A stretch of 64,000 nucleotides of DNA from Candidatus Curtissbacteria bacterium. GTDB taxonomy: Bacteria > Patescibacteriota > Microgenomatia > Curtissbacterales > GWA2-41-24. Positions 18,591 to 28,655 of the stretch are shown here, one piece after another (the stretch's first letter is position 1; the number at the start of each line of letters is the position of its first letter). The stretch spans positions 12,128 to 76,127 of the forward strand of contig JBBQJY010000001.1 in NCBI GenBank assembly GCA_038326365.1, given 5' to 3'. The translations under genes and the position numbers were made by a program. A model generated the notes under the pieces. That model was not told the origin of the DNA and searched no databases. It was given only the letters and a program-made list of their open reading frames with translations.

Positions 18591-20420
18591 TTATGCAGAA
18601 AACTTAGCCTCTGCTTCTTGCGCTTTTTTGCGCATCTCCAGAAGCTCTTCCGGGTTTGTTGTGACTAATGAGTGCTCCTCAGGTGAAGCAATTACTCGAA
18701 TCGCCACGTGATTTGGCCCGGCAAAAAATATTCCTTCTCCAACGTCTGCCGCCAAAAGCAAATGCCGCTCTCCTTCAGTCAGATAAAAAACGTCAGTCAG
18801 TTTATCAATAGCAGCCGGCGATTGCTTCATCAGTATCTGAATTGACGAGTTAGTAACAATAGCCTTCCCGTAGTCGGTTTCCAAAAAGTCTTCGACGTCC
18901 TGAGAAATTGTTGTCAGGCCTAGGTAATATTTTCTTGCCCGCTTGGCAATGGAGTACATAAACGTTGCGCTGTCCGGATGCTGCATCATATACCAAGCCT
19001 CGTCCACAATTAATATTCTCTTCCTGATGTCATTTTTAATGCGCGTCCAGATAAAGTCTAAAATTAGATATATGGCAATAGGTCGCAAAGATTCTTCCAT
19101 GTTTTTAATTGAAAAAACAGTAAAAGTATTCCTAATGTCTAAGTTTGAATGCTGGTTAAAAATACCGATTAAGGACCCCTTAACGAACTTCTCGAGCCGG
19201 TCCGCAAGTCCCTTGGCTGCTTCTTCCTCCATCCCCAAAAAAGCTTTATAAAGGTCTTCCATCAGCGGTGGCTCATTTTTCTGACTAGCCGGCTCCGGCG
19301 TTATTCCTTTAGCTTTATAAGTTGCAACCAGAGCCCTGTCTAAAATTGCGTCCTCAGTCGGCGTCATCGCACCCATTATCACTTTAAAAAATCCGTGCAG
19401 TGAAAGTATTTTGAGCCCCAATTCGTTTTCACCCTCTTCGTATACTCCCGAAAGGTCAAATGGATTAATCTTCACCTGGCTATCAAAATCAAAAGAAATG
19501 TATTCCCCGCCAATTGCCTCACAAAGATTTTTGTATTCTTCCTCCGGGTCAATGACAATTATTTCTGTTCCGAACATCAAAGACCTCAAGGCTTCCAGCT
19601 TAACCATGTAAGATTTTCCGGCACCGGACTTCGCAAAAATTACCGAATTAGCATTTTCTTGAGTAAACCGATCAAAAATTACCAGCGACCCGTTGTGTTC
19701 GTTAATCCCATACATAATGCCTGTGCTGGAAGTTAAGGACGAAGAAATAAATGGGAATGTTGTCGCCAAGCTAGTCGTATCCATATTTCTGGTGATATAT
19801 AGGTGGTCTGTCGCCTGTGGCAACGTAGTTTTAAACGCTTCTTCCATTTGCAACGAAGCGTGTTTGGGAACCAAAAGCAGTGCTCCCATTGTCGACTCCA
19901 CTTGCTTACAAATTGTATTTAACTCTTCCAATGTTTCGGCCGGAACTGAAACATAAAGCCCGAATTGGAAAAAACGCTCAGAACCTTTTACCAACTCTTC
20001 CTGTAAAACTTGCGCATCCTCCAAAGCCGCCGAAACGGTCGGATCAATTACGTGGCCATGCTGAATATCAGAAGCAATCGTCGCCTCCATTTCCGTAATT
20101 TTGCGCTTCAAGTCATCAAGCACACCTTTGGCCTCAACCGGATACTGATACATGGATATTTCCAATGTGTGTTCGAAGTTAATAAGCGGCGAGAGCCAAT
20201 TAGCCTGCACATATCGAGGATAACCAACTACGAATAGTGTCCGCCAATAAGTCGATCCGATTTTGATGTAGTCGAAATCAATCTCAATGGCCGGCGGCGC
20301 AATAATGTCTTTGACTGAGACCACTCCTCGAGCCAAAGTACTAGCCCATTGTTGCTCTTTTGCAGTCAAACCCAAATCGGCATTTTTTTCCTTTTTCCCA
20401 AAGATATTAATTATATTCAT
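18591..20420 (-). CDS. virB4: VirB4-like type IV secretion ATPase
   Basis: Walker A AKSGAGKS, IVIDPEEEY, INPFD, Walker B ILIVDEAW and RARKY..LTTISQ. Confidence 0.85.
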   Translation of the reverse strand: MNIINIFGKKEKNADLGLTAKEQQWASTLARGVVSVKDIIAPPAIEIDFDYIKIGSTYWRTLFVVGYPRYVQANWLSPLINFEHTLEISMYQYPVEAKGVLDDLKRKITEMEATIASDIQHGHVIDPTVSAALEDAQVLQEELVKGSERFFQFGLYVSVPAETLEELNTICKQVESTMGALLLVPKHASLQMEEAFKTTLPQATDHLYITRNMDTTSLATTFPFISSSLTSSTGIMYGINEHNGSLVIFDRFTQENANSVIFAKSGAGKSYMVKLEALRSLMFGTEIIVIDPEEEYKNLCEAIGGEYISFDFDSQVKINPFDLSGVYEEGENELGLKILSLHGFFKVIMGAMTPTEDAILDRALVATYKAKGITPEPASQKNEPPLMEDLYKAFLGMEEEAAKGLADRLEKFVKGSLIGIFNQHSNLDIRNTFTVFSIKNMEESLRPIAIYLILDFIWTRIKNDIRKRILIVDEAWYMMQHPDSATFMYSIAKRARKYYLGLTTISQDVEDFLETDYGKAIVTNSSIQILMKQSPAAIDKLTDVFYLTEGERHLLLAADVGEGIFFAGPNHVAIRVIASPEEHSLVTTNPEELLEMRKKAQEAEAKFSA

Positions 20421-20429
20421 ATCGAAGAT

Positions 20430-21527
20430 TTATCCTATTTTCTGCCCCCCAACAACGTTTTGCACTGGAACAGTCGCAATTCCGGCGTTTACCGCACCTC
20501 GCATCTGGCTGGCTCGGGCAATTGCTTCCTGTAAGTCATTTAGCGCTTGCGACGATTGGCCTGGGACCGAAGTGACAGCTGGCACAATAGGCGGCACATC
20601 TCCTTCTCCTGCAGCACTAGTTACGGACGTAGGCAAGATAATTGGTTGGGGCGTCGCAATTGGCGAAGGCACTTCGCCGACAAGCGGGCTTGCGGCGCTT
20701 TGGGCCAATATTGGCTCCCCTGCAACTCCGGTATTGGCAATAACCGGAGGTTGAGCATACTGACCCGCACCTGATTCAATTGTAGGCTCAGCAACAACAG
20801 CAACCCGCACATCAGGCGCTTGAATCGGCACAGGCTCGGGCGCAGGTGTTGGAACCTCCACCGCCGGCTCCACCAGAGGAGTCGTGTAGCTTGCAGCATC
20901 AAGTATTACTCTCTGAGTTCCTGTCGGAGCAGGATTATAAATATCGTAATATAATTCGATTAGCTCTTGAGTCGTCAACTGTCTCGAGAAAAGTCCAAGT
21001 CGTGCAGTTTGCTTAATAATATGATCTCTCTTTGGCGCAAGCGCTGATTTGGCGTCAGCAATGAGCTCCGCCTTACCCTTGGCATTGTGAGAATCTGATT
21101 TCTTAAAACTCTTGACACCTAGCTCCAAAGGCGAAAAGTGCAATATCAAATAAAAACGCTTATCTAGAATTGTCTTTTGTTGAACTGTTGATTGAATAAA
21201 TTCCCTATAACTCTTTATCTGCAATCTGAGATCCGGATTGGGCTGATTTCTCTCAGCCTCAACTAAATGCTGATAGTAAGCTGTAATATCGGCTTTTTTT
21301 GAACGAATCAAAACCTGCAAAGGGAAGGTTAGTGAATTAAGTAGCGCGCCATAAGCATAAATCGTCGCATCCTGTTCGGCTTCCGAAAGAATATCAAAAT
21401 TTACGGCAGTTGTAGACATCACCATTGAAACCCAACCTGTTTTTATAATCACCAAGTCATCAGTAATGTCCTCAATATCCAAGTGATCCTGGGTGGAAGC
21501 CTTAATCTTATCGCCTGCAGAAGCCAT
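20430..21527 (-). CDS. Conserved VirB4-associated protein with Pro/Ala-rich tail
   Basis: VNFDILSEAEQDATIYAYGALLNSLTFPLQVLIRS, located between PrgI and VirB4. Confidence 0.6.
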   Translation of the reverse strand: MASAGDKIKASTQDHLDIEDITDDLVIIKTGWVSMVMSTTAVNFDILSEAEQDATIYAYGALLNSLTFPLQVLIRSKKADITAYYQHLVEAERNQPNPDLRLQIKSYREFIQSTVQQKTILDKRFYLILHFSPLELGVKSFKKSDSHNAKGKAELIADAKSALAPKRDHIIKQTARLGLFSRQLTTQELIELYYDIYNPAPTGTQRVILDAASYTTPLVEPAVEVPTPAPEPVPIQAPDVRVAVVAEPTIESGAGQYAQPPVIANTGVAGEPILAQSAASPLVGEVPSPIATPQPIILPTSVTSAAGEGDVPPIVPAVTSVPGQSSQALNDLQEAIARASQMRGAVNAGIATVPVQNVVGGQKIG

Positions 21528-23083
21528 TAATTTTTCACTTGTCCCTGAAGCCCTAAGGGGGCCAAGATCTCTCCTTTCAAACTTATTGATGTCGGCACAA
21601 ACGATGCCTTCTCACTCTCAATTTCTATCGTGTAATTACCGTCAGAAAGCGGTGTGGCCGACAAAAATTGGCCCAACTTGTTTGTTTTTAAGGCGCGAAT
21701 CGGAATTCCACCAGCATCCCGAACAACCAGTACTGCTCCTTCAAGAGGCGTTCCAATGGAATCTGTTACCATCCCTGAAAGCACATTAGGATTACTGGTT
21801 AGAGGAATTATTTGGGCACCAATATTGTTGGCCACACTTTTAATCTGCTTTTTATCTGTTATCGAGAATTTTGTTTGATCATCATCTTTTCGCTTAGGCG
21901 CCTTTTGGGTCCCCTGGGCAACTGCAGCAACCATCCCACCCACAGCCTCCGGTGCTCTGACTTGGGCTTTGGGTAAAACCTGACTAAGATCGGCTTCTGT
22001 CAATTTGTTTGCAAACTGCACACTGCCCACAGTAGAGTTGGTTTCGTTGGGTAAAACCACCTGTGGTGTATCGTCCTCAAAATTAAACCTCCTTGCCAAC
22101 TCGTCAGAAATTTCAAACCGACGCTCACCTCGTATTGGCAGCTTAGAGAGATCAAAATTCTCAGGCGGAGCAAAGTGCAATTTTCTTACCCTAGTCTGAC
22201 CAACTCCCCGAACCAATCTTATTTTGTTGTCAGGCTCTTTTAAGGAGATAATATTGTCCACAGAAAAGTTTGTGTCAGATGCCAAATGGGAAAGTGGTGG
22301 CGACTTTTTTGGAACCGACTCCATCCTTCGACGTCTCAGTCTATCTTCCAGTCCTTTGATAACAAATGGTTGGGCATGTTTTGCAATTCTTGGTTCGGTT
22401 GCGCCAACTATCGGCAATTGTTTGCGATTCCCAACAACAACTTTCGACTTCTCGTCAAATGCTCGAATTGCAACTGGTGTTTCAATTTTGATGCTGTCCG
22501 GCCCAACCTCGCGCGGCACAGGTTGACCAACTTTTCTGCTTACTCCGCTATTCGTATTTTTTGCGCTTGGCCAAATAATCGGAGGCGGGACGCTTCCTGC
22601 CCCCACATCGTCTCCTCCCAAGTCCAACTGAAAAATTGCTTTGTCCTCACGCATGTCGAGCGGTGACTCGTTATCCTTAGGAAGAGATCTCAAATAAGCA
22701 ATCAGCCTTTCGCGCCCTCTTTCGGTTATTTCTTCCGGAATTTTTTGCTCTTGTGTCTGGGGACGTATAACTACACTCAGAAATTCTGGTAAATTTCTCT
22801 CCTTTACCCAAATTCGTTGCGTGGGCGCAAAAATTGCGTGAATAAAAGCAACGATCCACTTGTCAAATGGCCTTCCTTGCACCGGAACCAAAGCAACGAA
22901 CAACCCAATTCCGCCAATCAATACAGAAAGAGGAATCCTAACTATAGCAGCGGTTTGGGAGAAGAAAATAAAACCCGCTACAACCATCGGTCCTACTAAA
23001 AACATAAATTGCCTGACTGTTAAGTTGCCAAAAAGTTTAAACTGAAATGAAGCTATGTGCTGCGGGACAGGATGTTGTTCCAT
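21527..23083 (-). CDS. PrgI-family (VirB3-like) protein with C-terminal carboxypeptidase-regulatory-like beta domain
   Basis: MEQHPVPQHIASFQFKLFGNLTVRQF, two TM helices, GRPFDKW. C-terminal LSGMVTDSIGTPLEGAVLVVRD..TNKLGQF..GNYTIEIE. Confidence 0.8.
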   Translation of the reverse strand: MEQHPVPQHIASFQFKLFGNLTVRQFMFLVGPMVVAGFIFFSQTAAIVRIPLSVLIGGIGLFVALVPVQGRPFDKWIVAFIHAIFAPTQRIWVKERNLPEFLSVVIRPQTQEQKIPEEITERGRERLIAYLRSLPKDNESPLDMREDKAIFQLDLGGDDVGAGSVPPPIIWPSAKNTNSGVSRKVGQPVPREVGPDSIKIETPVAIRAFDEKSKVVVGNRKQLPIVGATEPRIAKHAQPFVIKGLEDRLRRRRMESVPKKSPPLSHLASDTNFSVDNIISLKEPDNKIRLVRGVGQTRVRKLHFAPPENFDLSKLPIRGERRFEISDELARRFNFEDDTPQVVLPNETNSTVGSVQFANKLTEADLSQVLPKAQVRAPEAVGGMVAAVAQGTQKAPKRKDDDQTKFSITDKKQIKSVANNIGAQIIPLTSNPNVLSGMVTDSIGTPLEGAVLVVRDAGGIPIRALKTNKLGQFLSATPLSDGNYTIEIESEKASFVPTSISLKGEILAPLGLQGQVKN

Positions 23084-23363
23084 AGGTTTGAGTACCAGCA
23101 AGAAGTTACATCAGAGGAACTACATTGTAAGGACGAATTCCATGAGACTTACAAATAGGACTGCTGATATGAATGCAAATTCTACCTCCGCCGCTAATCG
23201 AACTCACCATAACATATGAAACTCGTTCGTCAAAGACCATTAATTTAGCTTCCAAATTTAAGTTTTCACAACAAACTCATGTCTCCCAAAGATATGGTTA
23301 GGTCGACAATCGAAACATCATAAAAATTTCGTTTTGCTCATTTGATATAGTAGAAGTAATAAA

Positions 23364-25931
23364 ATGTCTGCCAAAACTAGTCAGCTTAAACAAATAAGAA
23401 CTCGGACAGAGAATTCTCTCCAGGATCTTCATCGCAATAAAAGAATAACAGAAGAAAGTATCGCAACCACCTCTTCACGCCTCAGAGATCTTAAAGAAGA
23501 ATACACTCAAGCAGCCTCAGCCGGGGCAAGCGAAAGTACTGGCCAGCTTTCAGAAAACATCAACACGCTTGAAGAAAACTTAAAATCCCTTAGTGAAAGT
23601 AAACAAAAAATCGAAGAAGCAGTTTATGAAAAATCAAAAGAGATTGAAAATCTTCATTCAGAAATAGCCAAGGTTGAAAACGAGCATGAATCGTCCGATT
23701 TTTCATTCGGATCTGACAAAAAAAGGGGGGGTCATATCAAAGAATCTGCACAAACGAAAGCTTCAGGTTTAGTAACTACAACCCAAGGCGTGAAGATTAA
23801 AAAGAGAAAATTGATTGGTTTCAGGGGTAGAACAATTCAAGGCACAGGTGCACTGGCACAAACTCCTCAAACCGCCACGGTCGGTCCATCATCAGGCCAA
23901 GTAAGCTACACCATTCAAACTAATACGGCCGCAGCCAGCCAAAACGTGAGCCCTCAAAATGCCGTCTCATCCTCCACAAACCTCTCAAATGTGGTCTCAG
24001 CCGGGAGTCCATTGGAATTAGCCAAAGCGGTAATCGGGGAGGGTAAAGCCACCATTGACGGCGTCATTGGCCAAGGAAGTAGCATCACAAGTATCCTTTC
24101 CAAGGGATCGGGTTTTAGCCCTCAAAGAAAAATCGGCCTTATTGCTCTAAAAGGGGGAGTAGTTGCCTCTCTTGGGGCTGGGCTGGCAGCAGCAGCTGTC
24201 ATCGCCTATTTTGCAAAATTGGGCGCCGCAGCCGCTCACGGTGCCGCAATTGGAGCAACAGTAGGAGGAGTGGCAGGAGCAACCTACGGCGGATTTTTAG
24301 GTTTCCAAGTCGGCGTCGCACTTGCTCCTTTCACCTTCGGACTATCGATTCCAATAGCAACTGCAGTGGGAGCAGCCTTGGGCGCAGGCGTCGGGGCTAC
24401 CGTTGGTGCTTTGGCGGGCGGGCTCATTGGCTTAGGAGTAGCTAGCGGCTCCGCAACAATTATCTCCACAGGAGTAGGGGCAGGCATCGGAGGAGTTATT
24501 GGTGCAGTCGCCGGAGCAACTCTCGGAGCAGCCGCAGTAGCCTGGATTCCTTTTATCGGGCCCTTTCTAGCTCCTTTTGGTGCAGTTATTGGAGCAACCA
24601 TCGGTGCAGCAGTGGGTGCGGCAATCGGTGCCGTCGCAGGATACTATATTGGAAAATATGTCTTACAACCTATCCAGGACAACCTGGAAACGGTCACGGG
24701 TTCAGTCGGAACAGCCTCAGGAGGGCTTGTCTACAGCTTTACAACATTTATCTCCTGGACTTTTAACCTTGTCGGCGGCTTTTTCTCCGGGCTTGTCGGC
24801 GGCGCGGGTATTGTGGGAGGAGCAACCATTGGTGCAGCAGCCTCACTTTGGAATGGGGCAATTGGAATCTTGGGTAATGCTACTGGTGCTCTGGCTAGTA
24901 TTGCGGACAAAGCGCTTGGGGCACTTTCCTCGCTTGGAAGTAGTGTTTCAAGCCTCACGCTACCCGCAGTGGGCACTGCATTCGGCACAGTAGTTACAGT
25001 TACTGCTGCAGCCAGCCTTATTACCAGCGCCACGGCTTTTACCCCGAAACTTGATCTTAGTTCTGAATTGCTCCAAAAACCAGGTGAAAACGACTTTTTT
25101 TCTATAACAAAAACTGCTTCACCGCAAACTCTTAGCTCAAAAGGGCCCGACGTTACATTTACGATCAGTGTTAACGCGAAGCAGAACATAAAAGATATCG
25201 GCTTCGTTGAAAACTTCCATTACCTACAGGGCGCAACAAACCAACCCTTAGTGGTGCCTAAAACATTAACTTGTACGTTACCCATTTTAAAAGGAGACAC
25301 CTGCACTGTTAATTTCACATTTTCTACTTCACCCCTACCAGACAATGTCTTGCTTATTAACACCGTTCTGGCTCATGTCACGATCGACAACAGCGCCAAT
25401 TCAGTCCAAGACGAGTCCGCAACAGCCATTGTCAAAATTGGTTCTCCGCCCACAAACTGTCCATCGGGTTGGCCAACACCAGCTGGTACTGTCACTCAGG
25501 GTATCCAAGGAACTACCTCGCACTACCGCCTATTCCCAGCGGAGCAGGCAATTGACATTGCTGGAGCCGCAAGCCGTGGGACCCCAACATTCACCACCTT
25601 CTCAGGCGTTGTAGCTACAAAAAATGACCAAACTGAGAACCCTGGGTATGGATACTTTGTTGATGTGACGGGTAACTGCAATGGGCAGACATTCACAGCG
25701 AGGTGGGCACACTTGGAAAGCATCAGCGCAGGCGTTCCCGATGTAGGTGAAACTATCAATACAGGAACAGAAATTGGGAAAATAGATGCCACAGGCCATG
25801 TTCTTTGCGACCCCCAACCTTGCGACCCTTCCCATTTGCACTATAGCTTTTTTGGTCTTGATATGAAAACGCCATATATTCCTCAAGACCCCATAGCAAT
25901 TTGTGATGGTGATTGTGGGGTGAGCTGGTAA
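23364..25931 (+). CDS. Coiled-coil / glycine-zipper membrane protein with Ig-like (DUF11-like) domain and C-terminal M23 peptidase
   Basis: N-terminal heptads, about 300 aa of GxxxG-rich hydrophobic sequence, M23 motifs SH..AIDI, GYG, ARWAHL and HLH. Confidence 0.8.
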   Translation: MSAKTSQLKQIRTRTENSLQDLHRNKRITEESIATTSSRLRDLKEEYTQAASAGASESTGQLSENINTLEENLKSLSESKQKIEEAVYEKSKEIENLHSEIAKVENEHESSDFSFGSDKKRGGHIKESAQTKASGLVTTTQGVKIKKRKLIGFRGRTIQGTGALAQTPQTATVGPSSGQVSYTIQTNTAAASQNVSPQNAVSSSTNLSNVVSAGSPLELAKAVIGEGKATIDGVIGQGSSITSILSKGSGFSPQRKIGLIALKGGVVASLGAGLAAAAVIAYFAKLGAAAAHGAAIGATVGGVAGATYGGFLGFQVGVALAPFTFGLSIPIATAVGAALGAGVGATVGALAGGLIGLGVASGSATIISTGVGAGIGGVIGAVAGATLGAAAVAWIPFIGPFLAPFGAVIGATIGAAVGAAIGAVAGYYIGKYVLQPIQDNLETVTGSVGTASGGLVYSFTTFISWTFNLVGGFFSGLVGGAGIVGGATIGAAASLWNGAIGILGNATGALASIADKALGALSSLGSSVSSLTLPAVGTAFGTVVTVTAAASLITSATAFTPKLDLSSELLQKPGENDFFSITKTASPQTLSSKGPDVTFTISVNAKQNIKDIGFVENFHYLQGATNQPLVVPKTLTCTLPILKGDTCTVNFTFSTSPLPDNVLLINTVLAHVTIDNSANSVQDESATAIVKIGSPPTNCPSGWPTPAGTVTQGIQGTTSHYRLFPAEQAIDIAGAASRGTPTFTTFSGVVATKNDQTENPGYGYFVDVTGNCNGQTFTARWAHLESISAGVPDVGETINTGTEIGKIDATGHVLCDPQPCDPSHLHYSFFGLDMKTPYIPQDPIAICDGDCGVSW

Positions 25932-26947
25932 TGACACTCAGCACCGCTGCTTTAGTAGTAAAAAAGAGTATCTTTCCGGTTGTATTGTTGTTAGTTTTTT
26001 TTATTTCTCTCGTACTAATCTACGTCCGTTATGGTAAAAAGAGTGTGCCTCTCCCTCCAAAATTGCAACCGCCAACAATTAGCCAAAGCTTAATTCAGAA
26101 ACAACCTCAGAATTTTGACGATACAGCACTGCAATTGCCAAAAGTTCCCGCAGATTTACCTGTTTACCATTTTAAGAACCAAAACGTTGGAGAAAAGTAT
26201 GCTAGAGATGTGGCCAATAGCTTTGGGCTTACAACAAATCCAAGAGTCGAAAACACAAGCATTGGGCCGCAATTTTTCTTCAACCAAGATAATTTAGATC
26301 TCGCTGTTAATAAAATAGAAATAAGATTTAAAAATTACAAAGCTAAGCCCCAAACAACCCCAAAAACAGAAGGCGAAGTCCTGGATATCGCTCGTAATTT
26401 TATTGATAGTCTAAAATTCGCTAACCTCAATCTTAAATTAGATAACACACGAATTTTCTACCTCACGATCGAAACACAACGTTATAAAAGTACCACGCGG
26501 GATAATGCCAAATATTATGAATTGTTTTTCAATTCATTTATCAATGATCTGCCTATTTTGACTGGTAATAATGAGCCGTATTTAGCCCGAATGATCATTT
26601 CAAAACAGGGCAACATTCTCGAAGCACACATACACAACCCTGTTTCAATTCTTGATAATCAAACTTATCCCCTTAAAAAACCGACACAAGCCCTAAATGA
26701 ACTTATGGCTGGAGGAGGTAAATTGATTTCAGCAGAAACTTTGGACGAACAAGGACAATCCATTGAATTATTCAGCTTCAGTCCAGTAGACATCAACAAG
26801 GTTTCTATCAAAAAAATATACCTTGCTTACTTTTTATCAGAAAAAGAAAATGAGATGCTTCAACCCGTCTATGTCTTTGTTGGCTCATTTACAACCCCTT
26901 CAAACAAACAAGGCGAGGTCACATTATATGTTCCGGCAGTTAAGTAG
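25931..26947 (+). CDS. Membrane-anchored extracellular hypothetical protein
   Basis: TAATG coupling to the M23 gene, single N-terminal TM, C-terminal LQPVYVFVG..LYVPAVK. Confidence 0.75.
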   Translation: MTLSTAALVVKKSIFPVVLLLVFFISLVLIYVRYGKKSVPLPPKLQPPTISQSLIQKQPQNFDDTALQLPKVPADLPVYHFKNQNVGEKYARDVANSFGLTTNPRVENTSIGPQFFFNQDNLDLAVNKIEIRFKNYKAKPQTTPKTEGEVLDIARNFIDSLKFANLNLKLDNTRIFYLTIETQRYKSTTRDNAKYYELFFNSFINDLPILTGNNEPYLARMIISKQGNILEAHIHNPVSILDNQTYPLKKPTQALNELMAGGGKLISAETLDEQGQSIELFSFSPVDINKVSIKKIYLAYFLSEKENEMLQPVYVFVGSFTTPSNKQGEVTLYVPAVK

Positions 26948-27242
26948 ACACTCTAAAGCGCAGCCCGTAAATTACCTTATGTCCGAGGCTTTTATTTATA
27001 CCATCTATTAATTCATTTTCGCGCATATGCATTTCCGCGAGAATAACATTTGGAGCGGTTATTACCACTTTCCCGTTCCTATAAGTCTTCACGTTGATCT
27101 GAGATAATACCTCCAAGCCAAAATCACGCAAAGTTTCAGAAATTATTTTTTTCGTAATTTGTCGAATTTGAATAGCCAAAATAGCACCATCCGCCTTCCT
27201 TACTCCACCATTGCCCAGTACCGATCCTATCGATTTAAACAC
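26940..27242 (-). CDS. dciA: DciA (DUF721)-like helicase loader
   Basis: About 100 aa with a KH-like pattern YRNGKVVITAPN..LAEMHMRENELIDGINKSLG..IYGLRFRV, directly downstream of dnaN. Confidence 0.65.
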   Translation of the reverse strand: MFKSIGSVLGNGGVRKADGAILAIQIRQITKKIISETLRDFGLEVLSQINVKTYRNGKVVITAPNVILAEMHMRENELIDGINKSLGHKVIYGLRFRVST

Positions 27243-27280
27243 GAATTAATATTCAATTTTCAAAGGAAGATTGTCAATTG

Positions 27281-28426
27281 TCAGTTCTGGAGCCGAACAG
27301 GCATTATGATATGAAAGAAAGATGCAGAGCCAGAAGCTGCAGTAATTTTCCCAGGGTTTAAACTCTCATTCATTTCAAAACCAACTTCCTCTCCATCAAT
27401 GACACTAAGTACTTCAAGTAAATATCTAAAATTAAAGGCTATTTCCCCTCCACGACCCTTCAAATTAAATGGGATTTTCGAGTCACTAGAGCCCACCTGC
27501 GCCGTGTTTGCACTGACAGTTAGGAACTGTGCCTTCCCTTCTACACCGAGCTTCATCCTTATTATATTTCCCGAATCCCTTGCAAAAATCGATGCGATTT
27601 TAATGACCCGCACAAGCTCTTCCTTATTTATCTTGGCACTTGTTGAAAAGTTGCTGGGGATTAACTTGTCCCATGCAGGATAAGTGCCCTCAATAAGTCT
27701 CGTTGTAAACTCAACCCGACCAACCTCAAAAACTGCCTGGTTAAGATCATCAGATAAAAGCAATATTACATTTGCCTCTTTTCCTTCAACACTCTTCTGC
27801 TCCTCAACAATTTTGGCAACCTCAGAAAAAGCCTTGGAGGGAATAATAAACGACACCCCTCCTATATCCGCTCCAGCTGTTACCTCAATATGGGCATGCC
27901 CCAACCTAAAGCCATCAGTTGCAACAAGAGTTAAACCCTTTTTGCTAAGTTGACAAAGAACCCCCGTCAAAATCGGTCTACTTTCATCAACTGCCGCACA
28001 AAAAGCAACCTTGCCCACACAATTTATTAAATCAACTGGTTTAAGCTCAATCCGTTTACCTCCGACTATTTTGGGGATGGCTGGGAACTCTTCGGGTCCC
28101 ATTGTGGAAAGCCTTGCATTGAAGTCACCTGAGGAGATTAATAGTTCCTCACCAAGTTTTTCAACAGAGATAGTTCCTCCAACTAACTGCGAGATAAATT
28201 CAACCAGAGCTCGACCTACAACTGTAATCCCCCCTTCTCTCTCCACTTTCGCTTCAACCTCAACCCTACACGCTGTTTCCAGGTTTGTTGTAATTATCTC
28301 TAGTTTTTTACCACTAGACCTCAAAAGTACATTAGAAAGAATGGGCAAATTTGCCTTTAGCATTAGCGAGCGCGTGGCTACATTGAGTGCTCGTAAAAAG
28401 TCAGATTGTTCTAAAAAAACCTTCAT
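27281..28426 (-). CDS. dnaN: DNA polymerase III beta sliding clamp
   Basis: LPILSNVLL, EEFPAIP, SRPILTGV, VATDGFRL, RLIEGTYP, IAFNFRYL and IIMPVR. Confidence 0.97.
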   Translation of the reverse strand: MKVFLEQSDFLRALNVATRSLMLKANLPILSNVLLRSSGKKLEIITTNLETACRVEVEAKVEREGGITVVGRALVEFISQLVGGTISVEKLGEELLISSGDFNARLSTMGPEEFPAIPKIVGGKRIELKPVDLINCVGKVAFCAAVDESRPILTGVLCQLSKKGLTLVATDGFRLGHAHIEVTAGADIGGVSFIIPSKAFSEVAKIVEEQKSVEGKEANVILLLSDDLNQAVFEVGRVEFTTRLIEGTYPAWDKLIPSNFSTSAKINKEELVRVIKIASIFARDSGNIIRMKLGVEGKAQFLTVSANTAQVGSSDSKIPFNLKGRGGEIAFNFRYLLEVLSVIDGEEVGFEMNESLNPGKITAASGSASFFHIIMPVRLQN

Positions 28427-28655
28427 TTATGGGTAGACGTTTACTAGGCAGAAGTTATTTCGGATTATAACACTTTGAGAAATATCTACAATTAATTACC
28501 TTTAATAGAATAGTATTATTAGTATTAGTAATGTTCAAAACCCCAAAAACTCAAAATTCCTATATAAAATCTCAATAGTTTTGTTAATAAAACGTAAAAT
28601 AGTTGGAATAATTTGGGGAAAACTTGTTAGCAACTCTTAATTAAATGTTGATAGT
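28427..28655. promoter_or_regulatory. Candidate oriC (dnaA-dnaN intergenic) with DnaA-trios and variant DnaA boxes
   Basis: AT-rich. TAG TAT TAT TAG TAT TAG TAA at 28511-28531 abuts TGTTCAAAA. Further box-like 9-mers are TGTTAATAA, TTGGAATAA, TGGGGAAAA and TGTTAGCAA. Confidence 0.6.

Noticed and set aside
23107-23241. 44-codon minus-strand ORF (MVFDERVSYVM...) and TTGTAAG/CTTACAA inverted repeat upstream of prgI
   Set aside because: No recognisable motif or start signal, so it cannot be distinguished from chance.
2710-26947. Integrative conjugative element or prophage call for the T4SS region
   Set aside because: No integrase, relaxase, att repeats, tRNA target or phage structural genes are visible, and the locus abuts core replication genes.
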